From NCBI RefSeq assembly GCF_009914755.1, contig NC_060941.1: a DNA stretch of 64,000 nucleotides. One strand, written 5' to 3'. Below are positions 18,272-35,601 of this stretch, in pieces. This DNA comes from the human T2T-CHM13v2.0 reference genome, Homo sapiens. Under the pieces are notes generated by a model that saw only the letters and a program-made list of their open reading frames with translations, did not search any database and was not told the origin of the DNA. Position 1 is the first letter of the stretch, and each line of letters starts with the position of its first letter. The position numbers and the translations under genes were made by a program.

Positions 18272-20564
18272 ACCCATCTAATTATATTTCAATCCTGGTT
18301 CCTCATGTCCCCCTGAAATGAATTCTAATGTAGGCTTTCTGTCTTCTGCATGGTCAGTATCAAACCCCTCTGAAATGAAAACTAGATGGCATAATATTAA
18401 TACATTTAATAACTGTAGTCACTGTACTATGTGAGAATTGACAACGGTACTGACAAAAGATTATAATAATGTGCTAGTTTGCTCTTATGACTAGATTCTG
18501 AAACTCAGTAGCAAATTTATTTTTGCCAATTTTATTGGACTTCTGATTTCAGCTCCAATATGTAAAGAACTGGAAGTCATCACACCTGTTTTACAACAGA
18601 AAAAAGTTAAACAAACTAAAAATCAATTACTTTTCTGGGATCCATCTGAGAACTGAGGTCACAAGGCAAACTGCCACCCTGAAATCTGGAGAGACAGGTA
18701 AATACAGAGAATCAAGATATGCTTACTGGGACAGCGGCCACTAAAACATAAATTGACAGAAATAGTTAAAAGATAATATTGATGAATTGCTGGAGATAAA
18801 ATGTGAACTAGTTTATAAGTGAGAAACTCCTAGGGGCTGCAGTCTTGCCAGGGGGCCCACAATTTTTAAGACATTACCTCTAAAAATCCCACCAGGTTCC
18901 CACAGTAAAGAGCCAAGAAAAACCCTACTGTTTCGGGCAGGAGGAGGGAAAAAAACAACCATTTTGAAATACGTTCAACGCATTCTCTAAAACAATGGCC
19001 AGTCTGCCAGTAAGGAAGATTTTACCAGATCCTTATCCAACATGAGGGAAGGGATCATTTCCTAAACTGCAGCTCCCTGCCATCTAATCTTATGATATGA
19101 ATGAAGAGCTCAGAAACACTTGTGAAGGTCACAGGCAAGGGACACAGTCATGCTAAAAGACTGAGACATAATCATAGGATTAGAAGATGCTTCCTGTTCC
19201 CCATACCTTACCACCACATCAACAGGGCTCCAGTATAACAGCAGAGGATTACAACAGAGAGAGACAGCTGCAAGGCTCAGATTCTATTTAAGAATAAGTT
19301 TTTAGGGACATTGGAGAGTAACTCAAGTCCACATTAAGAATTAATTAAAGAGCACTGGTCAAGATAACTACAAGGTAGTTATAAAAGACAGTATAAAATG
19401 TGTTTTAACATAGATACAAAAGACAATATAAAATGTATTCTGTTTTTAATTTTTTTTATCTGATTTGAAAGTCAGTTGCAAAAGGTAATAATTGTAAATC
19501 TGTGTTGAGAGACATACAATGTGTAAAGATGTAATTTTTATAATAATGACACAAAGAAGGTAGGATTAAAAAAACAGCTACATAGGATTAAAGCTTCTGC
19601 ATTCTATTGAAAATTAAATTAGTATTAATCCAAACTACATAAGATGTTAAATATAATTCCTAGGACAACCACTAAGAAAATAACTAAAAAATACACAGTA
19701 AAAGAAAAGCCAAGGGAATTAAAGTGACACATTAGAAAAATTTAAATGGCACACTAGAAAATATCTATCTATTAGATTCAAAAGGCAATGATAGAGAAAT
19801 AGAGGGGGAAAAGGCACCAGATATACAGAAAACAAACAGCAAAGTGGCATTTGTAAACACTACCTTAGCACTAATTACATTAAACGTAAATGGAGTAAAC
19901 ACTCAAGTTAAAAGGCAGAGATAAGCAGAATGAATTTTTCAAATGCTCCAACTATATGCTGTCTATAAGAGACACACTTTAAATTTAGACACAAATAGGT
20001 TGAAAGTAAAAGGAATGTTATTCAGCCATAAAAAGGAATAAAGTATTAATTCATCCTATAATGCTGAACATGGAAACATTACACTATGTGAAAAAGCCAG
20101 ACACAAAAAGTCACATATTGTATGATTCAATTTAGATGAAATGTTCAGAAAAGGCAAATCTATAGAAATAGCAGATTAGTGGATACTAGGGAATAGCAGG
20201 TAAGAGTAGGCAGTGACTGTTAATGAGTTAGGAGTTTCTTTTTGGGGTCAGAAAAATATTCTGGAATTAGACAGTGGTGATGATTACACAACTTTGTGAA
20301 TATACTAAAAATGACTCAATGCAAAAATGCGCAAAGAATTTGAATAGGCATTTCTCTAAAGAAGATGTCTGAATTACTAATAAGCACATGAAAATATACT
20401 TAACATCACTAGTCATCAGGGAACTGCAAATCAAAACCACAAGGAGATACTACACTTTATACCCATTTGAAAGGCTATTATCAAAAAAAACATAAAATAA
20501 CAAGTATTGGCAAAAATGTGGAAAAATTGGAATCCTTGTGCACTGCTGATGGGAATCTAAATTA

Positions 20565-20911
<347 letters not shown>

Positions 20912-21094
20912 TTACATTTAGAATTATCACAAGATCCAGAAATTACATTTCTAGGTATATATCCGAATGAATTGAAAGCAAGGTCACAAATAGATATTTG
21001 TACACCAGCGTTCATAGCAGCATTATTCACAACAGGCAAAAGGTAGAAACAATCCAAATACCCATCGACAGATGAATGGATAAGCAAATGTGAG

Positions 21095-21096
<2 letters not shown>

Positions 21097-21138
<42 letters not shown>
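21097..21138. repeat. (TA)21 microsatellite
   Basis: Direct reading. Confidence 0.97.
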
Positions 21139-21143
<5 letters not shown>

Positions 21144-21465
21144 AAATATTATTCTGCCATAAAAAGGATTCCGATGTATGCTACAAGATGGACGAACCCT
21201 GAAAACATTATGGCTAATGAAATAAATCAGAAACAAAGGACAAATACTGTATGATTCCACTTATATGAAGTAGCTACAATAGCCAAATTCACAGAGACAG
21301 AAAGAATACTAGAGGGTAACAGGAAATGGGGAAAAGGAATCTGGGGAGTTATTTTGTGGGAACAGAGTTCTTATTTGGTATGATGAAAGGTTCTGAAAAT
21401 AGATAGTGGTCTTGGTTGTCTAACATTGTGAATGTACTTAATTGTACACACACAAAAAATGCTAA

Positions 21466-21772
<307 letters not shown>

Positions 21773-22174
21773 CCTAAATTTTGTTATGCATGTTTCACCA
21801 CAATTAGAAATGACAATAAATATCAGAAAAATAAATCAAAGACCTGCGAAGCCTCTGGGGATGTGGGACTGGGAAGAAAGGAGGAGTAGTATAGTGAAGG
21901 GAGCTGTTGTTTTTTCATTATAACCATTCTAACATTATTTAATTATGTATAAGAATTATTTTGATAAATTAAGATATTTAAAGCTAAAAAAGAAATTAAA
22001 GAATTTAATGACAAACAACAAGGTTTTAATGATATGTATTATAAAGGATTACTATCCACACTATATATTTAAAAGCCCATACAAATCAATTGAAAAGACA
22101 AATACAACCAAGACAAGCAGACAATAAACAAAAATTTTAAAAGAATTAAACAAAAACCTGCAGAACAACTAATT

Positions 22175-23523
22175 GACAAACCTGACAAAAACAAAACCTG
22201 ACAAAACCTGACAAACTTGATAAAAACAAGCAATGGGGAAAGAATTCCCTATTTAATAAGTGGTGCTGGGAAAACTGGCTAGCCATATGTAGAAAGCTGA
22301 AACTGGATCCCTTCCTTACACCTTATACAAAAATTAATTCAAGATGGATTAAAGACTTAAATCTTAGACCTAAAACCATAAAAACCCTAGAAGAAAACCT
22401 AGGCAATACCATTCAGAACATAGGCATGGGCAAGGACTTCATGACTAAAACGCCAAAATCAATGACAACAAAAGCCAAAATTGAAAAATGGGATCTAATT
22501 AAACTAAAGAGCTTCAGTACAGCAAAAGAAACTACCATCAGAGTGAACAGCCTACAGAACATTCTGTAGGCTCCCATCCCTACAGAATGGGAGAAAATTT
22601 TTGCGATCTACCCATCTGACAAAGGGCTAATATCTAGAATCTACAAAGAACTTAAACAAATTTACAAGAAAAAAACAAACAACCCCATCAAAAAGTGGGC
22701 AAAGGATATGAACAGACACTTCTCAAAAGAAGACATTTATGCAGCCAACAGACACATGAAAAAATGCTCATCATCACTGGTCATCAGAGAAATGCAAATC
22801 AAAACCACAATGAGATACCATCTCACACCAGTTAGAATGGTGATCATTAAACAGTCAGGAAACAACAGAAGCTGGAGAGGATGTAGAGAAACAGGAACGC
22901 TTTTACACTGTTGGTGGGAGTATAAATTAGTTCAACCATTGTGGAAGACAGTGTGGCGATTCCTCAAGGATCTAAAACTAGAAATACCATTTGACCCAGT
23001 CATCACATTACTGGGTATATACCCAAAGGATTATAAATCATGCTACTATAAAGACACATGCATACGTATATTTATTGCAGCCTATTCACAATAGCAAAGA
23101 CTTGGAACCAACCCAAATGTCCATCAATGATAGACTGGATTAAGAAAATGTGGCACATATACACCATAGAATACTATGCAGCCATAAAAAAGGATGAGTT
23201 CATGTCCTTTGCAGGGACATGGATGAAGCTGGAAACCATCATTCTCAGCAAACTATCACAAAGACAGAAAACCAAACACCGCATGTTCTCACTCATAGGT
23301 GGGAATTGAACAATGAGAACATGTGGACGCAGGGTAGGGAACATCACACACTGGGGCCTGTTCTGGGGTGGGGGCCTAGGGGAGGGATAGCATTAGGAGA
23401 AATACCTAATGTAAATGACGAGTTGATGGGTGCAGCAAACCAGCATGGCACATGTATACGTATGTAACAAACCTGCACGTTGTGCACATGTACCCTAGAA
23501 CTTAAAGTATAATAATAAAAAAA
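22175..23523 (+). mobile_element. 5'-truncated L1PA (ORF2 C-terminus and 3' UTR)
   Basis: [24 protein letters not shown]... and KDEFMSFAGTWMKLETIILSKL; ends cttaaagtataataataaaaaaa. Confidence 0.96.
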
Positions 23524-24795
23524 GAAACTATGAGATAATAAATGTTTACTGTTTTAAGCCACAAAAAAATTAAACAAAAACCTGCAGAACAATTAATTTC
23601 ACAATCAAAGAAATAAACTCAATTGGAACAAAGTATATTCGAAGGATTTCCTGTGTCTTTATTTTTAATTGAAAAGCTAGAAGCAGAAAAATAATCTATT
23701 CATTTTGCTAATATATATACAGTCACTAAAAAGTTATTTCAATGTTATAGTCTCTAGTCACCCAATTATAAATGTCTGTAACTAAAATTCATACTGTCTG
23801 CTATATGCATTCCAAGCCTAGCAGAAAAATGTCACCCAGACATCTCCTATCTCCCTTTTTGTGACTATGACTGGAAAATATAAAAAGGTTTTAGCAATGA
23901 AATAAGATTTTGCTTTAATCGCTTACATAACTGTGGAGTGAGTACAGTTTCCATAATCCCATAAATAACTTTTCTTCCAATTTCCCGGAAGATATTTGTC
24001 TCCATATTTAAGAATTAAAAGTCCTAAAAATTTTATTAGGTAAGACCAACTCCCTACAAGTTTTATTGTATGACTTAGTATCAAGCTTAATTACTAGTTT
24101 TCCTAAATATAACTGTTTGGTGTAGATGTTCACACTGGAATAAATCTTGTTTTCCATTAAGAATTTTAAAAAATGTTTATGTCCGTTTTATTTTTAGATA
24201 TTCTTGTAAAAAATTATCTGATTAAATATGTTTTTGAAAACAAATCCTTTAATTTATCTACAAGAGACTAATTGCTTTAGTGTATCCCTAGCTATCAAAG
24301 TACATATATATAAAAAGACAGTAGAAGAGTCAAAAGTATCAATATTGTCATTCAAATATATTACTTCCAAATGCTTCTGTCCTTAGAGGTATAACTTCCT
24401 GTGGAAAAAAGAGAAGGGAACGCCACTTCTCTACATTGGATTTAGGTTAGATTTTGATGCAATGTGATGTTACTTTCAGGAATTATAAGTGGTTTCAATG
24501 CTTTGAATGTTAGGAGGACCAAAATATACTAAATAATTTCAAATTAACTAAAAAAAATTATTAAAAATCAGTGACTCTAAAAACAACAACAAAATTCTTC
24601 TGGCCAGATACATGAAGTAAAATGAGGGCAACGAAGAAAGTTTGGCTTAGATTAACTTTAATGAAACCTTCAGAAATGTAATTTATGAAAATAAAAAAGA
24701 ATGCTCTGTTTCTTTCTACTCTGAAAATATCGACTTGTCCCTAAGAATAAAAATGTACACATAAACACTTCTCCTATATAATTAACATTGCTTGA

Positions 24796-25174
<379 letters not shown>

Positions 25175-25230
25175 TAAGTAAAATAATATGTGATGTTTAG
25201 AAAACTATAGTTATTACCTTGTTGCCTCTA

Positions 25231-25491
<261 letters not shown>

Positions 25492-26186
25492 CTAGAATAT
25501 GAATATGTCATTATTAGAGTTATGCCTGAAAAAGGCATGGAAATTAGTATTTATTTGGAAGTATGTACATAAAAGATCAAGCAACAAGTTTAACAATTTA
25601 TTTTTAAATTGTCAGGGGGTTTTCTATTACCTTCAATTAACTGTATACAGATTTAATTTATAAATGTTTTGCTTTAGGCAGATCACTAAATTCTCTTAGA
25701 GTGAAAATTCTTTGAAAGCAAAACAGGTTGTACCTGTCTCTGTTTACTTAATAGCTTTGCAAAATTTAAGCATGTAACAAATTTTTGTTAGGTGAATAAA
25801 TGAACAAGTGAAATGATGAATATATACCAATAGCAGAATCAGATAATTCCAAAATACTGGGGATGAAGGCCAGTATAATTTGCCATAGGCAAGTCTCAAA
25901 AATGACAGGAACTACTCTTTCAAAAATTCATTGGTGCTCAAAGATCCTTAGTCATAGAAAAAAATCACACCCACCACATCTTACAGTTATTTGCAATTCT
26001 ATCTCCCTTATATGTAGAGAGAGGGAGAGAGACGAAAATTTTGCAAAATGTTAACAAGTGATGAATCTAGGTGAAGGATGTAAAGATATTCACAATATTA
26101 ATATTATCTTTCCAACTTTTCTGAAATTTCTAATTTTTTGAAATACAGTTGAAAGAATCAATGAATGAATGATCAAAATGTAGCAT

Positions 26187-27028
26187 TGAGTAGAAAAAAA
26201 CAAACTTTTTCCTTTGCTCTCACACCACAGCAATCAACACAGAAAACTTCTGTGACCAAATGTGTGGGAGGTTTTTTCCACATACCAAGCAATCAATTCT
26301 GCAACAGACATCAACTGGGTGTCCTCTAATTCAATTCAATTCTGATACTATCTACTGGGAGATGATAACTTCAGATCCCAGAGGTTGAGGGCTCAGTCCC
26401 CAAGACTGCCCCTGATTTCTGTGGCCAGTCACAGTTGTTTTTACTTGTGCTTCTGACTGATCAGCTAGAAATCGGGCATCCCACAACCCTCTGCTTGGGT
26501 TCAATTAATTTGGTAGAGCTGCTCACAGAACCCAGGGACACATTTACCTACACTTACTGATTTATTAGAAAAAATATTACAAAGGATACAGATAAAGAGA
26601 TGTATGTGGGAAGGGGCTCAGAGCTTCAATTCCCAGGCACATCACCCTCCAAGTGTTCAGGAACCTCCAAGTGTTCAGCTATCTGGAAGCTCTCTGAACC
26701 CTGTCCTTCTAGGTTTTTATGGAGGCTTCATTATGTAGGCATGATTGATTAAACCACTGGCCATTAAGATAAACTTAACCTTTAGCATCATCTCCCCCAA
26801 GCCCTCCCCAGAGGTTGAGGAATGGGGGTGAAAATCCCAACTCTCCTACCATGTCTTGGTCTTCCCGGAGGCCAGCCCTGATCCTGATGCTACCTAGGAG
26901 CCCCCTACCATTAGTCATCTCATTAGCATACAAAATGTCACTTTGGAGATTCTAAGGATTTTAGGAGTTGTATGCCAGGAAATGGAGTGGAAGACCAAAT
27001 ATATATATTATAAATCACAGGCATATAC
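26187..27028 (-). mobile_element. MER21-like LTR
   Basis: gggctcagtcccaagactgcccc; ggagattctaaggattttaggagttgtatgccagga. Confidence 0.72.
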
Positions 27029-27034
27029 ACACAA

Positions 27035-27440
27035 GAAACATTATTCACCTTTAAAGAGGAAACTCTGGCACATGCTACAACATAGATGATGAACTTTGAA
27101 GACATTATCTGCAACATGGACAAACCTTGAGGACATTACTAAGTAAAATAAGCCAGTCACAAAAACGACAAATATTTTATGATTCCACTTATATGAAGTA
27201 TTTATAGTAATCAGATTCATAGAAACAGAAAGCAGAATGGTAGTTACCAGGAGCTGGGGAGAGGGGGAGAATAGAGAGCTGTTGTTTAATGGGAACAGAG
27301 TTTCAGTTTTTCAAGAGGAGAAAGTCTTGAGATTGGTTGCACAACAACATATACATACTTAATAAGACTGAGCTGTATACTCAAAAATGGTTAAGATGGT
27401 AAATTTTATATATATTCTACCACAATTAAAAGTTTTTTAA
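27035..27440 (+). mobile_element. L1M 3' end
   Basis: taagtaaaataagccagtcacaaaa...aaaaatggttaagatggtaaatttt. Confidence 0.8.
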
Positions 27441-28225
27441 ATTTTAAGTTGAAGGAAAATATTACAGTGTAACAGAATCCAGCTGCACAACTACATTATT
27501 ATAATTCAGCGACATTATAGGTTAAATGGACTTTTGTGCAGTAGGCTGAGAACATAGAGCCTGTAATAACATTCTTATGAGAAAACGTATGCTGAATTTA
27601 CCAACTTCCCATATTTATCTGTGTCTCTAAAGAAAGCAACTTGAAAACGTGGAACATGTATTCTTCCTTCACTGCTGTTCATAGTCACATTTCTCAACAG
27701 GAACACTCTGGCATTTGGAAAGCACAATTCTTAGTTACATAGGAGTAGCATTCTAGGTTCCCAACTACCAAATGCCGTAGTTGCTCCCAAGTAATTGTGA
27801 GGACCAAAAATGTTCCCACCTATAAACCTGTGTATATAGCTTAATAAAGAGCTAGCATTGTGTTAGGCACACAGGTGATGTTAACTTAACCACTTTAGCA
27901 TTAACCACAGCTTAACATCACCTGTGTGCCTAACCACTTTAAAATATTTCATAAAAAGAAACCAGAAGGCATAATGAAAAATAACAATCTATACATTTCC
28001 ACAAAAATTAAAATAACATTTAGTAGCCATCGTTATAAAACATTAAAATCTTAAATCATAGGACTCATAAGAGTACTTTTAACTCATTTCAGATATTCAA
28101 ACATGCTGAACACTTGCTAAATACCAGCTATTAATCTAGGCACAGAGGAAGAACGTGGATGTAAAAGGAAGAATCAGGATACACTGTAGTCTAATGGAAA
28201 AGAGAAGCATAAGTAATTATACAAG

Positions 28226-28895
28226 CTGGGCATGGTAGTACATGCCTGTAGTCCCAGCTACTCAGGAGGCTGAGGCAGGTGGACTGCCTGAGCCTGGGAG
28301 TTTGAAGCCAGCCTGGGCAACATAGCAAGCGACCTTGTCTCTAAAAAGATAAAGTCTGGCCAAAATGGCAAAACCCCATCTCTACTAAAAATACAAAAAT
28401 GTGCCAGGCGTGGTGGCATACACCCATAATCCCAGCTACTCAGAAGGTTGAGGCAGGAGAACCGCTGGAACCCAGGAGGCGAAGGCTGCAGTGAGCCAAG
28501 ATCGCACCACTGCACTCCAGTCTGGGTGACAGAGCAAAACCTTGTCTCAAAAAATAAAAGTAAAAATAAAAATACAGAGATAAAATAAATAAAATATAAA
28601 TAGGCTGGGCACAGTGGCTCACGCCTGTAATCCCAACACTTTGGGAGGCTGAGGCAAGTGCATCATTTGAGGGCAGGAGTTCAAGACCAGAATGGACAAC
28701 ATGCTGAAACCCCATCTCTACCAAAAAAATAAAAAATTAGCCAGGCGTGCGGCGCACACCTGTAATCTCAGCAACTTGAGAGGCTGAAGCAGGAGAATTG
28801 CTTAAACACGAGTGAGCCAAGATCACACCACTGCACTCCAGCATGGGCAACAGAGCCAGACTCTGTCTCAAAAATCAATCAATCAATAAATAAAA
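28226..28895 (+). mobile_element. Tandem Alu cluster (monomer, 5'-truncated Alu, full Alu)
   Basis: Three consecutive plus-strand Alu segments. Confidence 0.9.
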
Positions 28896-29138
28896 CATAA
28901 TTATACAATGAGAATTAAAGAAATCAAAATTTTGTTTTCATTACAAAACTAAAACTTACTTAGAAGAAGAAGCTGAAATACAGCCTTTTGCATCCCAAGT
29001 GACTGGATTATTTCCTTCTGTTGACACATCATTAAGTAGCTGACAGATTTTCTTTTATTGTAAAACTGGAATGTTGAATTTCCTACCAAGATTTACTTGC
29101 TGGCACTTCAGGTATCTTCTAACTTGTTTACATAGTTA

Positions 29139-29330
<192 letters not shown>

Positions 29331-29349
29331 CTAAAAGAAAACAACATTA

Positions 29350-29972
<623 letters not shown>

Positions 29973-30569
29973 TTAAAACCTATGACCCAGCTACATACAA
30001 TATAAAAACTGATTACATTAAAACTCATTTGAAAGAGCTGGTACCTTCCCATTCAAAAATAACATTCTCCTTACCATTAATTAAATTCAGTAATTCTGAT
30101 ATTAATAAAGCCATTAATCATAGAATCAACTGATTCTCAGAGGGAATATTAGAAATCATCTAACCATCTATCTTTTATCAGCTACTTCCTAACCTCATTT
30201 TCAAACATTACATATGTCATGGCAGAAGCAGAATTAAAATCCAGGCCTCCTAACTCCCAGTCCAGAGCTCTCTGCATGCTCTACTACATGATGAGTTACA
30301 AAATAGAAAACAGTATTATGGTTAAAGAGACTAAAAGGTGGGTTATACTTTTTTATTAAATGAGAAAATAGAAGGATAATTTTTACTGAAAGTTTTTAAA
30401 GTATTAGCAACAAGTTATAAAATTCTTACATTCCTTTGAAACCTGAGTCTCAGCCTTCATCTACTTTTAATGAAGGTGCTGAACCAGATGATATCTGTGA
30501 TCCCATCCAGTGTATAACTGCTTTCAATAAGAATCTAGAAAATGGTTAAGCTTAAAAATAATAAAATGT

Positions 30570-30881
<312 letters not shown>

Positions 30882-31029
30882 CTACCATGTCTTCGCTATA
30901 GTATTTCCTTATTCATTTCACTCCTAGAGAGATTAGATCTCAAAATTAAAGTTGGGAACTTAACAACTGTGGAGAGAATCTTATAAAAATACTGGGAGCC
31001 AAAAACTGTAAAACTCTTAAAACAAAGGG

Positions 31030-32515
<1,486 letters not shown>

Positions 32516-32723
32516 TACCAGAACTAGGTACTACTATAATTTAAGTTACAGGATGAGAGGGATTGGTTGTTTTTCATTTTCCACAGTTCATACAATAAAA
32601 AAGGGACTTTCTGACACTGTAGGAACATAAGAAAACTTTAGCAATAGAAGATAATTTAATATGAATTAATTAAATATATTTATTTAATGATTTCAATATT
32701 CATTAATATAAAAGACTAATTTT

Positions 32724-33015
32724 GGCCAGGCATGGGCTCACACTTACAATCCTAGCACTTTGGGAGGCTGAGGTGGGAGGATCACTTGAGGCCAGGAGTT
32801 CAAGACCATCCTGATCAACATAGTGAGATCTCATCTCTACAAAAAAAATAAAAATTAAAAAATTAGCTGGGTGTGGGTGTTGCACACCTGTAATCCCAGC
32901 TACTCAGGAAACAGGTGGGAGGATTGCTTAAGCCCAGGAGGTCAAAGTTGCAGTGAGCTGTGATCATGCAACTGCACTTCAGCCTGGGTGACAGAGAAGT
33001 CCCTGTCTCAAAAAA
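32724..33015 (+). mobile_element. AluJ
   Basis: Full dimer. Confidence 0.9.
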
Positions 33016-33197
33016 GCATCAGACTAATTTCAATTCCTCTAAGTCTGTGTCAATAAGAGCAAATATATAATAATATCTATAACACTTGTTTTCAATTCTC
33101 CTATTTACTCACCCAAAATAGGTATGTATTAAACACATGCTAGCATCCAAATTAGGCTATTTTTAAAAGGAAAATACATACTAGTTATCTTCACTTA

Positions 33198-33353
<156 letters not shown>

Positions 33354-33470
33354 CTATAAGAAATTACCATATTAAGTATAGAGGGGTTGGGAGGGAATTG
33401 GAAAAAGAAACTTCTCAAAAATACAATGAAACCCAACAAAACATGCATTGAAATTTTAGGTGAACAGAAT

Positions 33471-33886
33471 TGCTATAGTTTGATAGTCTGACTTCTCCAA
33501 ATCTGATATTGAAATTTCATCCCCAGTAATGGAAGTGGGGCATATCAGGAGGTTTGGGACCATGGGGGTAGATACCTCATGAATAGATTAACGCCCTCCC
33601 TAAGTAGAGAGGGGGTGAGTTAGTGCTCTGTTAGTTCCCACGAGAGCTGGTTGTTAGAAAGAGCCTAACACCTCCCTCCCTTCTCTCTCTCGCTTCTTCT
33701 CTTGCCATATGATCTGTACAAACCAGCTCCCCTTCACCTTTTGCCATCAGTGGAAGCAGGCTAAGGTCCTCAAAAGCAGATGCTGGAGCCATGCTTCGTA
33801 CAAGCTGCAGAACTGTGAACCAAATAAACCTCCTTTCTTTGTAAGTTACCCAGCCTCAGGTATTTATAGTGATACAAACAAAGACA
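33471..33886 (+). mobile_element. MST (MaLR) solo LTR
   Basis: TGCTATAGTTTGA...aataaacctcctttctttgtaagttacccagcctcaggtat. Confidence 0.85.
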
Positions 33887-35601
33887 ATTATTAACAGCAC
33901 AATGCTAACAATATATTTTAGATTGCCATATTAGCAAAATTCTCCTCAGAGTCAAAGACTCTTTAATAATAAGTTAGGTATTTAGAAGATTCAATCAGGG
34001 TATTATTTGGTGCCTTTCAGATGTAAGGAATTAAATAAAAATGTAGCAAATGGCTTCTCCAAAAGGCTTTAAAGAGTTGATATGTTGCCTTAAATCCATG
34101 AGTTATTTCCAGAAAGTAATTCTGATGCTGAGAATAATATGACTACATCACAAGCAAAACTAAATGACTTAAGGAAACAATACATGCTAAATAACAAAAT
34201 GTATGTTAACTGGTTCTTTGGTCTTTACATGGCTCATAAGTTTTAATATGGATGAAAGTGTGGACATTAAAACAAAATTATAAGAAAACAGAAGAGTATG
34301 TTCCCCACATTGTAAAAGAGAAAATTCTGAATACTGAAGCAATAAAAGATATTGGTGACAACTCTGATGTCTGACAATAAAATGTGTTCAATGAAAATAA
34401 AATGGGGAAATAGGATAAATAAGAAAGATACATTTTAATATTCAGATATATCATGAAACAATACAAATCTATAAGAGTAAAAATCAGCCTTCACTGAACA
34501 AAACATTACAGAATACAAATAAGTAGAAAGACTTAAAAAACAAACCAACAAAGAACAAACAAGAAAGACAACATGAACTTGGAAAAATATTCAGCCCTGC
34601 AATGAAATACAAATATCAAATTATTCTTTTTGAAAAATGAAGTCCCCTCAGCAACACCTTATATCAAAGCTTAATATCCTTCTCCAACACTGGCAGAACA
34701 CTGGCAATTTACTCTGATAAAATATAGAAAATATAAACTACTAAAGGTGAGGCGCTGTACTAAAAACAGAAGGGCTAAATGAAATCCTACATATTCAATT
34801 ATTAGAGTACTCCGAGCTCAATTCCAGTTAGGTTACCTACACATTGGCAGCTGGGTTGGGGGGGGTAGAAAAATAGAAAACTAAGCAATGGAAAAATAAA
34901 TAAAAAGTTAATTATGGTTCCTTAGGAAACATACATAAAGCTGTATAAAAATATAATCAAGTAAGCTACATGCATTACTATCATGGGCTATAATAATACA
35001 TACACGTGATGATATCCACGCTGAATATCAATATAACTATACTGGCAGAATAGAGAGTGAAGAGAGAGAAGAAAGAAGGGCAGAAAAGCAGGAAGCAAAG
35101 GAAGAAGAGAGAGCGCATGAGTGAGCGTGTGTGTGTGTGTGTGACAGAGAGAGAAGAGTGTGTGTGAGTGTGTGCGTGTCTAAAGGAGCTAAATCATCAT
35201 TATACTTAACAGAAAGTCAACAGACAACATCTAAAATTGAAAACTCCAAAGAAGCAGAACCCACGTTATTTTTTTAAATGTGGTTAAATATCAGAAGAAA
35301 CCACTACAAGAGATAAAAGTGCACTCCAAAGTGAGAATTGGGATTGAGGAGTGGGTCAGAGGAATGCTTTTCTCAACAGAACTGACTCTTTATATTCTAT
35401 AGGTATACTACTTTGGTAAAAATTCCTAAAAATATTGATAATCATAATGATGAATGTCTTAGCCAACTAGAATTAGGGCAAATTTCCTTAATCCAATAAA
35501 AATAACTATAAAATATATAATATAATAAAAATATAATATATATATTATTTAACAGCTCTAATTAATTTTTTAATTTAATTAACTGAATTGAATTGAATTA
35601 A

